Below, piece after piece: positions 24,391-36,300 of a stretch of DNA of 36,570 nt; positions within the stretch are counted from its first letter, which is position 1, and each line of letters starts with the position of its first letter. Both the position numbers and the translations under genes were made by a program. A model generated the notes under the pieces. That model searched no databases, was not told the origin of the DNA, and saw nothing but the letters and a program-made list of their open reading frames with translations. The stretch is taken from IMG/VR virus record IMGVR_UViG_3300030330_002695, positions 1 through 36,570 of that record; one strand, given 5' to 3'. The stretch comes from a virus (Duplodnaviria; Caudoviricetes).

Positions 24391-27300
24391 ATGCCGGAAA
24401 TTAAAAATACTTTTTTATCGGGAAAAATGAACAAAGATCTCGACGAAAGACTTGTTCCAAATAATCAATACATTGATGCTTTTAATGTAGTTGGCTCTAC
24501 GCCAGCTGGCGATAATACCGGTACACTCCAAAATTCTTTAGGTAATTTAAATAAATCAAGCTTGTCAACATATATTACTGGTGGTAAGGTTATTGGTTCT
24601 TGTGTTGATAGAGTTAACGATAAAATATATTGGTTTATAACAGGTACTCATGTAGATGCTATAGCAGAGTATGATTCTAAAACGGAAAAAGTAGTACCGG
24701 TTTTAGTTGATTATGTAAATTCAGATTTAATAATAAACGAAGAGCCTACAGCAGGAAATTGGACTATTAGCTCTTCAGCTTGGACACTTACCCCTGGTTC
24801 GCCTAATTACGCCACAGCTGTTGATTCTCTATCTGGTAATTTAACATTTGATAATGGCTCAACTTTATTTAGAGAAGGTTTAAAATATAAATTAACTTAT
24901 AAAATAAAATCAGGTTCTACAACTACTAACGACTTTAAATTAAAACAACACGGTTATGGTGGTACTGATATTCCACTAGAAACTGGAACATCAACTTTTG
25001 AAATGATTTGGCTTCAAGGTAGTACAAATTTAGATAAATTAGTATTTACTCATAATGGAGCAAATTTAGAATTAGAAGATGTTACCGTACAACAAGTTGA
25101 AGAAAGTTTTTTAAATTTTGACCCTAGTAAACTTATAACAGGTGTTAATCTACTTGATGGCATGTTGTTTTGGACAGATAATAATTCTGAACCTAAAAAA
25201 ATAAATATAGAAAAATGTAAAGCAGGCGCTTACAATATTTTAAACTCTCCTAACGATACAAAAAACTGGACATATACAACCAAAAATATAGATCCAAACG
25301 GAAATGTAAGAGGAAATATAACGGAATCTGATATAACAGTTATAAAAGAATATCCTTTACATGCACCTAAAATGTCACTGTTTAATACTACCAAAGAACC
25401 TGATTTAGTATTAGAATCAACGTGCACCACTCCCTTAAACACTACATACGATTATAACAAACCATATTGGCTGGGTACATCTGAAGGTGGAGGTTCTAGC
25501 GATATAATAGAATATAAAGGTTATATATTTGGATATTTATCTGAAGATATAGTTTTTCACACTGGTGCAGATAGGCATTATAGAAAACCCCAAATGTTGT
25601 TTGATGGTCTTTATTTTAAAGATGACGCTGACAATACTTTGATAGATTATAATTCTGGTGATACTGGTAGTGATTTAATATATCCTTGGCATAGAAGATC
25701 TCCTGATGCTGTATATAAAGATGGTAAAGGATTAAAATATTGGGAGTATAAAGATAATCCTCAAAATCCTTTTACATCATTATCTAGTTCAGAATATGAA
25801 AAAAGAGCTTGGAATTTATGGGCATCTTTAGAAACTACAAATCATATATTAATAGTTAAGCCAGATGGTACAAAAATGCAAATTAGCAATGGTACTCGTG
25901 GAAAAGACTTGTATGGTGATAGATTTTATTTACAACCTAAAGCAAATGATAAATTTGAAGAACACGACAACAATGGTGTTAGGTTTGGTGAAAAAGGAGA
26001 TCAAATTGTTTTCTTCGATTGGTTTTATAATAATAATCATTCATTTTGGACTTATATAGATGGTGATGGAACTGAATTTGTTAAACCACCTGGAACTAGT
26101 AAATTAGCAGCTAAAGATAGTGATGGTATATCTTTAAAAGATAATGCTCCACACTCCCTTGATCCTATCATATTAGATAATGATGAACATTTTTTAAGTA
26201 CTCCATCGGATTTTCATACAAGCTGGACTGTTGGTCCTGGTCCTGATTTATCAGCACAGGCAGAAGGTATTGATTATAGTCAAAGAACAATTATATTGGG
26301 TGCCGCTGCAGATACAACATCAGCTATACCTTCTCCATCTGGATTAAATATACAAGCTAACGGTTGGCAAACCGCACAAAGACTAGTTACTGGTTTAAAA
26401 TCTAGACGTGTTTATTTAGTTAGAATAAAAGTTAGATTAACAAATAAAGGTATAGCCACTACACAAACCGTTAATGGTACGTTTACTAACGTTGCTGATA
26501 TTGTTCTAGACAGCGTATCTGGACTATCTGTTGGTATGTACGTTGTTGGTGTTAGTAGTGGTAGTTTAGCTGGCGCACCCGAAATAACCGCTATAAATAG
26601 TAATACAATAACTTTAAGTATACCTCAAACATTTGCAGATGGTATAACATTAAGTTTTGCTGATTATTATTCAATTTGTGGGGTTACAACTAGTGATCAT
26701 ACTGGAACGCTAACTTGGGCACCAACTACTAGCACAGATGATGTTAATGACACAATACACGAAGCTGGCTCAGATGCTTATAGTGGTGCGATTTATAATT
26801 TTGGTTGGAGACTTGGTAATAGCGCAGAGGCAGATGGTGGCCCTAATAGTGATGGTATATACATACTTGGTGGACTAGTTACAGTACAAAATAGAAGTAC
26901 AACTAATAGTGACGTTTGGGATACAGACGAATATGAAGCTAGTTTAAATTTCTTTAAAAGAAATAATGCAGCAGTAGAAATACTTAGTATAGAATCTAAT
27001 GTTTATGCTTCAAACACTATAAAAATTCAAGAGCTTGTATTTGAACCAAAACCAGATTACGAAGTTGGAGATGTTATAAAAATGACAAATACAACGAAAG
27101 CTAACAATGGTGATGATATAAATGTTACTGTTAAGCTTTTAGAAGAAAACACAAAAGAATATGGTCAAGATGATTATCCTCATGACACTTGGCCTGCGTC
27201 AGCTAACACAAGATCTTTAACATGGGCAGATGGTCATCAAAGAGGCGTTGCGATTTTTGACACTACAGTTGATAGCGCGATAAGCAATCCTAATGATAGT

Positions 27301-30300
27301 ACTTATTGGGTGGCGGAAGGCTCTCTTACTCTTGGAAAAAATGAAATAACTTGCTCAGGTTTAGCTATTGGTAATTCAAGAAAAATTAGATTTAAAAATA
27401 CCCAAGGAAGTCCAACTAATTTTTTAACAGCTGGTACTTGTTATCAATTAGAATACAAAGTTTCAGGACATGCTGACGCAAACAATCCAGAAGATGCTGG
27501 CTATTTAGTTTTAAACACTGCTAATAAATTTAATACACACCTGCCATATGATCCTTCTAATCCAAACAATACACCGAGTGCTCTCTACAGTATTGTTATA
27601 CCTTATCACCAAAAACATACAGCGGTATCTGGAAATAAAACTTTACATTACGCAACGTTTACACCTTCAGCGGACACGTATCTTGATCAAATTGAACTTG
27701 GGTTTGCTGGGTGGAACGGTACTTTAACAGATTTAAAACTATATCCTTTAACAAAAACAGAAGTTGATATAGGTAGTCAGGGTAGTAATGAAAATAGAAA
27801 AATATTTAATGCTGAAATAGTAAGTATAGATAATAAGTTATTACAACTAACTAGAGAAGAAAGAAGATATTGGGATTGTGAATTAATAGAGCAAGACCCT
27901 ATATATGAAAATATATTTCCTAGATTTGCTTATAGATGGAAATATAGAGATGGGGAATATTCAGCTATATCAGCTTTTACGGAAGTAGCATTTTTACCTA
28001 ACGAAGAATATGTATACGATGCTAAAAATGGTTATAATCTTGCTATGACTAATAATGTTAGAAAGATTGTTTTAAAAGATTTTCAAACAACACCTAAAAA
28101 CGTTATAGAAGTAGATATATTATATAAAGAATCTGATAGCAATAGTATTTATACTATAACAACAATAACACAAAACGAACTTGACACTTTTACAAAATAT
28201 GAAATAACTAAAGAGCAATTACATGCTTTAGTTGAAAGTAATCAAATGCTTCGTCCTTATGACAATGTTCCTAGAAAAGCAAAAGCTCAAGAAATAACAG
28301 CTAATAGATTACTTTATGGTAACTACACACAACAATATAACTTACCGTCATCACAATTACCACAAATTACCGCTAATATTGCTACTAGTATTTTAGATAT
28401 TAGTGGCAATAGTTTTCCTTCTTTTGGAAAGTCAATAAAATCAATTAGAAATTATCAGGTTGGTCTTAGTTTTTTAGATAAATTTGGTAGACAATCCCCG
28501 GTGTTTTCTAATACTAATCTAAATGAAAACTCATTAATAAATTTACCACAAGTATATTCTAAAACTGCAAATAGTATACGCGCTAAACTAACAAACAATC
28601 CACCTGATTGGGTAACTCATTATAAGTTTTTTGTTAAAGATTCTGCTAATGAATATCATAATATCTCTTTAGATAGGTTTTATCAAGGAGAAAATGAATC
28701 TCATTTTTGGTTATCATTTTCTTCAGCTGATTTTAACAAGGTGCAAGAAGATGATTATTTAATAATTAAAAAACAACACGATTCAGATATTGCTATAGAA
28801 CCTGCTAAAACATTAAAATATAAAGTATTAGCAAAACAAGGTAGTCCTCCTGACTTTTTAAGAATAGCTAGAGTTTTAGTTGGTGGTAGAATAGACTCAT
28901 CTGGAACTAATGCTGCTGGAACTAAATTTTCTAATTTAAACACACACGCTATAGTTGGTGATGGGTTAGAATTTGCTTCTCAATCTAGTTATGGTGGATC
29001 AACAGCTGGATACCCACTTGTTAACAAAACAACATTTAGATTAAGAGGTGATATTGTTGATGCTAATAGTGCTTTAAAAGAAGCCTTATTACAATCTCAA
29101 GCTGACAGATATATAAGAATAGGTAAAAACAATTCTTCTAAAGTAAATGATATTTCTAATTACTACGAGATTTTAAGTGTTACTAGAGTTGATGGAGATA
29201 ACACTCTTGGATATGGAGAATCTGGAGATTATTATGAATTTACTTTATTAAAACCTTTAGATATAGATGCTTCATTTGTTGGTGAATCTTATAGTGATAG
29301 TAGAAACTTGTTTTTAGAATATTATGCTCAAGATTTTCTTGCTTATGATAGTAGTTTTGAAGGTAAATTTTTTGTAAAACTACTTAAAGATGCTGATCTT
29401 GATTTTCATATAGCTAGAAAACAAAGACTAACAGACGCAGCACTAAATATAGTTAATACGCAGGAAACTAATTGGGCTTTTTGTTGGGAAAACAATTCGA
29501 CTATAAACACAAACGCAGATATAGGTCAAGACACTGATAATTGGTTAACACAAACTAGTAATTTTAAATGGATTGCGGGTTATCCAGGTGGTGTAAATGA
29601 TCCTTATAACGCAATTAATTCTATTTATAATGGATCTACAGTTACAGATTACCACGGTGAAACAATAGACTATCAATTTGATAGTGATACTCCAGGTTCA
29701 AATTTAAACATTGTTGTATTTGATAATGTTAATATGGGTAGTGGATTAGTTAACAGCACGGCTTTAACTGTTGATGATGATGGTGGATTAGCTGTTGGTC
29801 ATTATCTTGTTTGGAGTGATGCTCATGGTGCTGATTACGATCCAGCTAGAATATTGGGTTTACCTGGTAGTAATGTTGTAACGCTTGATAAGCCAAAATC
29901 ATTCCCTGATGATGCTTTATTAAAGTTTTCAAAAGGTATTAGTACTTCTCAAACAGGTACTAATGTAACAAGAAATCCATTTACAACAACATGGAAAGGA
30001 ACTATTGGTAAATCTGATTGGTCTGCTGATCTGTCGGTTGGTGTTACTAACGCTGACAATGTAACTCAAAAATTTATGATTGACCAAAGTTGGGCTTGGA
30101 ACTGGAATCATTTATCTGGACCTGACTGGTTACACTATTCGTCTCAAGATCCTGAGATTGAAAACGCTAGATTAGGACCTGGTTTTGTTGTAGGTAATAG
30201 TTATTGTGGTTTTAGATTCGTTGGTATTGGTAATGTTGAGGCTGGTACTGATGGTATTATAGGCACATCTGATGATACTAATTCATGGTATGATAATGGT

Positions 30301-33300
30301 CAACCTCTATCAGTGGAAATGTTTGATAATTATAATTTATTAAAACAATTAAGAACTGAAGGTACTAAATTTAGATGGTCTAACGATCCAACACAAACAA
30401 TATATACTATAAAAAGTTTTTTTGGAGCTCCTGTAAAAAACTACAAACGTGGGGATATAATTAACGCGCATAATGATGATCCAGTTAAATCAAATCAAGG
30501 TTATAGAATATATTTACAATTAGATAAACCTATAGTTTGGAGCCCAACATCTACTATAGCTTCTGGTTTTGCTAATAACGAGGGTGGTACCCATACACCA
30601 CTAACACCTTATGGTGATGGGGCTCATGGAACCTCTACATCTTCAACATCAAGATTAGAAATATTAGAATACAAACCAAGTGAAACAACATATACTAGTG
30701 ATAATCCAGCTGTTTTTGAAGTAGAACCTAAAAAACGAGCTGATTTAAATCTTTATTACGAAACATCTGAAATGCAGATGGTGTTAAAAAATGGTATGTT
30801 TATAGAAGCTTTAAACAACACTGATGTTAACGATGGTAATACGGTTGGTGGTAATTACAGTGGTGTTCAAGATGTTGGTACTATCTATGCTCCAAGTGGT
30901 AATGCAAAATTGGGTTATATAGGTGGTCCAAATGGTATTAATGGTTTTCCTAATAAAAATGATATACCTAAAAGTAGAATAATAGTTAATCCTGATCAAC
31001 CAAATAAATTCCGTATAAGTCCTGACAATACACAGATTAATTCAGGTTTACCAGCAGGAATTACAATAAGGATATCAGAAAGAGATGATGATAATTTTGT
31101 AAAATATTTTAAAGATTATATACTACCAGTTGCGGTTAATTTAGGAGATGGATTAGCTGCTTTTGCTAATTGGATAACTTTAGATTTAGAAAAATTAAAC
31201 TGGCATAATTGTTTTGCTTTTGGTAATGGTGTTGAATCTAATAGAATAAGAGATGATTTTAACGCTATTACTATAGATAAAGGACCTAGAGTGTCCACCA
31301 CATTAGAAACTGATTACAGTGAAGAGATAAAACGATCAAGTTTAATATATTCCGGTATGTACAATAGTTTATCTGGTGTTAATAAGTTAAATGAGTTTAT
31401 ACAAGCAGAAAAAATTACAAAAGATTTAAATCCAGAATATGGTAGTATACAGAAGTTATTTACAAGAAATACAAATGTTGTTGCTTTTTGTGAAGATAAA
31501 ATATTAAAGGTATTAGCTAATAAAGACGCTTTATTTAACGCTGATGGAAACTCACAACTATTATCTACAAATAGAGTACTAGGGGGAGTTGTTCCTTTTG
31601 TTGGTGAATATGGTATATCAACTAACCCAGAATCTTTTGCTAATTTTGGATATAGAGTTTATTTTTCAGATCAAGCTAGAGGAGCAGTTTTAAGATTATC
31701 AGCAGATGGTTTAACGCCAATTTCTGATAAAGGAATGGTAAATTATTTCAAAGAAAATCTTTCTGCATCTAACAATATAATAGGTAGTTATGACGAGCAT
31801 AGTCATAGTTATAATTTAACACTAGCTACTACAACAATAGGATTTGTTGAAAAATCAGATGGTTGGACAAGTTTTAAATCATTTTTACCAGAATCTGGAG
31901 TTTCTTTAAACGGTGTTTATTATACGTTTAAAAATGGTGACATGTGGAAGCATCATGCTAACACTATACGGAATAATTTTTATGGAATACAATATCAGTC
32001 TTCTATTAAATTTTTAATGAATAATAATCCAGGTGTTATAAAAAGTTTTAACACATTGAATTATGAGGGTACACAGTCTAGAGAGTATGATGAAACAGGA
32101 CAAAATACATTAAACAAAAAAGGTTGGTATGTTAATAGTATAGAAACTGATTTACAATCTGGTAAAATTGAGTATTTTAAAAACAAAGAAGGTAAATGGT
32201 TTAATAATATTGTTGGTATAGCAGCTACAGAATCTAATATAGATCCAAAAGAATTTACATCACAAGGGTTGGGGTTATTATCATCGATAAATACTGGTGG
32301 TCATCCTAACTACAAAACTTTAAGTATTAGGGGTGTTTATGGAACATCGCTAGGTAATACTTCTTTTGGTTTAACTGGTGTTGTTAGTGGAGCATATCAA
32401 AATGCAAACTTTAATTATAACTCACCAAGTGGTACTTATGCTTTTGGAAATCAAAACGCATCACCAGCCGTAACAACCGGGTGGACAACTAGAAATAACA
32501 GTTCTTTTGAAATAGGTGCTTCAACTCAAAATTGGTTAGAGGCTGATTACCATATTGGTGATGTAGAATATTATGTGATGGATATTTTTACTGGTTTAGT
32601 TGAGGGACATACATATGATATTTCGGCTAAAGTAATTGAGGCTAACTTAAACGTAACACAAGGAAACGTAACATTAACACAGTTATTATACCCACAGTCT
32701 ATTGAGAATATAAATGTTGATATTATGCCATTTTCAAGTGGAGTTGTTTCAAATTATTATCTTCAATTAGTTGAAAATCCAGATTTTGAATCTGTTAATT
32801 TTGTGCCAGGTAATATTCCAGGTACTAATTTAATAGGTAACCATGATTTCAAACAAATAGCTTATCATTATCACAAAGGTGCTAATAGTAAAAAAGGTTT
32901 TGACGTTGCTAATAGTGGATACTCGTTTAGTGAACTTGGTGGTTACATAGGTGATACTGGTGATAATGGAAGCGGTGTTGGATGGAGTTTTTTAACAAAT
33001 AGTAGTGGAACTGTGAATAACTGGGTTAATGAATTACGTATAGATGGTTATGCAACCCCATTTTTAGGACATAACGCAAGCAATACTAATGGTTTTTATT
33101 CAGCAAAATCAATTGACTATCTTCAGTTAAGCGCAGGTGGTGCAAGACCTCATTTTGGAGGAACTAATTTTCTTAATGACGCAACTTATCCAAGTGACTT
33201 CGGTACAACATATCCAAGCGCGAACCACACCGATGAAACCGGTTTTAACTTTTTTATAGCTGGTCGTGGGGCTAATGCTTTACCTATAGTATATCCATCG

Positions 33301-36300
33301 CAATTAAATTCACACACGCTTAGACAATATAAATCTTATTATGTTGAATCAAAAGTAATGTTAGGGAAAAACGCTAATACTAACGAAGGTTTTAATGGTA
33401 TTATGTTTGGTTTAGGTGGTTTTCAAGGAGTAGCTGGTCAATCGCATCCAGATGGTCAAAATGGTGGAGTTTTTTATAATGCCGATGGATCTACTTCTCA
33501 CTCTGGTACACAAAAACAGCATGGTGGGGGTTATTTTCCAGCCAACGTTTCTATGTTAACGCCACAGTCATACATGAGTATTATTCCATCTACTAATGAT
33601 GCAGAAAGTGGTAGATACGGCCAATTACGTGATGGTTTTGATGGAAACTCTACAGCTCAAACATGTGTAAAGTACTTAGCGACCGGTGATAATGGTAGTG
33701 GTTATGGCCCGTTAAACTCTATTTGGTTTGTTGCTAGGGATTACGATGCAGATGCGGGATCTCTTACTCAAAGTAGTGGCGTCACTGGATACTGGCAATT
33801 TTTTGGGTTCACATTATACGAACTTGATCCAAACGACCATTGGGACATGAGTAGTGGTGATTGGAAAATAGAATACGAAAATGATGGTGGTGAACAAAAC
33901 GTAGGTGGTACTATTAACGCTCACGCAAAAATACATAACATGGGTGTATCCCCACAGAGTGGAAGTCGTCCGTTTGCCGCGGCTAATCCATCCGGTACTC
34001 ACATACTTAAAAGTGATATTACGCTGGTACAAGGCGATACATATAACTGTACTTTACATATATCTGGTTGGACTGATAATTGGTCTAGTGGATCAACCAC
34101 ATTAAAACTGTATGCTGGTGGAACTGAGCAATCTATACCGCATCAAAACGGAAGTTTTACCATGACTATAACGTGTGGAACCACAGATACTGATTTTAAA
34201 ATAATAGCTCCCACATCAGAAATTACTGTTAGTGATTCCACTATTTTCAACCAAGCTTTTGACGGTAGTATTCACAGCGTAGAACTTACAAGCACCACAC
34301 CACAAACTGCGGATACCTCTATTTCAACATCGTGGAATTTTGGTACTAATTGGGAAACTGGTTATAGCGGAACAGCTTCATCTCCAACAGCTTCTTGGGC
34401 TCAAAATGTTGGTGGTAGTGGTGGTACTGCTACTAGTGGAAAATTAGAAGCTTCTTTAATATTAGATATGGTCACGGGATATGATTATGATGTAGAGTTT
34501 GATCTAACGTTAACATCTGGAAGTATTGTTTTAAAAACAGAAACCGCCGGTGGATCACCAACAACAATTGCTACTTACAATACGGTAGGTACAACTTTAG
34601 AAACCATAACTATATCCCCTTCAGCACCTCAAACAAAAATATATTTAGAAGGTAGTTCTTTTATAGGTGAAGTAGACAATTTTACGGTTACTAAATTTGG
34701 TTCTCAATGGACAGTTAATGGAAATTGGAGTTTACCTGTTGGTAACTTTTTACAAAGATCTTCTGGTGGTAGTACAGATTTTGCTATTATGGATTCTGAC
34801 TTTGATGTTTCAAGCGCTATTGATTCTTTAAGTAATGATATTAGTGGTGATTGGGATAAAAAATGTTATGAGTTAAAATTTGAAATATATGATAAAACAG
34901 CTGGTAATGTAGTAGCCTATTTAGATACTGATCCTATCGACGCTGGTGGCACTGGTAATGGACATAAAATAATAAATTTCACACCAACACAAGGTGGACA
35001 AATAGGTTATGGAACATGGACAAATAAAAGAATTAAGTTTGAGTCAGATGATTTTGCTGGTAAAATAGATAATATTTCTTTAAATCTTCTTGGTGCTGAT
35101 TGGGAGGTTAATAGACAAAGTCAAGTATTTAATCCTAGCACAATGCCAGATACTTGGATATTTAAGCAGGAAGTTGGTACAACAGAGTATGCTCCTAGTT
35201 TTTCTAGTTGGACAGCTGTAGTTCAAGGTGCTCCTAATACACAGTGGTCTGAATCTAGTGGAACGTTAACAGCTGTAGCTAAATCTTCTACTACACCTCA
35301 GTATTTTTATTTTGAACATACTCCCACCGCTGGTGATAGGTATAGAATACAGTTAACAAGTGTTAGTGTTAGTGCTGGTTCCTTCCAGGTTATGACAGCG
35401 TCACATCCATACGTTAACTGGACAGCTAGAAGTAAGGGCGAAATAATAAGTTCTGGTGATGGTACATATTATTATGATTGGAATCCAATATCTAGCAGTA
35501 CACATCGTATAGCTATAGTTGATGTCAATTCTTTTTCTAATGGAGCAGCTGCTACTGGAGCTGGAACTTTTGGTGGTTTTTCATTAAAAAAATACGATGA
35601 TGTAGCACTACATGCTCAAACACCATCATTCACACATTCTGGTAATACTGGTTATTGGATGAATGATAGCTTAACCGTATTATCATCTTACACTTTAGTA
35701 GATGGTCAAACGTATCGTTTTTCATTAGATTATACAAAAAGTCAAGGAAGTTTTAAAGTTACAAATTCAGACGGAAGTGTTGTTTACGCCACTGTAAACG
35801 CTGGTGATCCAGACAATTCTTCTTTAACAGATGTTGACTTTGTAGCTAACAATGGTTTTGCTTTCCTTATTGATGGTTCTGCTAACGTTGGTTTTATAGG
35901 TAAAATAACAAATTTTGAATTACACGAAACAGTGATTACTCAAGGTAATTCACCGACAAGTCCTATAGTAGGATTTTCTACAATCAATATGGGTAATATA
36001 TCTAATATTGGTGATTTAACTAGAAGTGATAACGGTGTTATATCCGCTAACTTTGTTTATACTAGAGACGCAGATAATTATCCTGATTCTTCAGGTATAT
36101 CTGTATTTAAAGGTGATGGTATTGGATGTAAAGTTGGAGAGTTTGAAATAATAGATGTAACAGGTACTGAATTTAGTAGCTCTGAAGCAAATATAGGTTT
36201 TAGTGAAAAATGGGTTGTTAATATATCTAATAGTGATAGTACTATTGAATCAGCTATAATAAATAATAATTATGTAGTAAATAGTAATAATACAAACATT

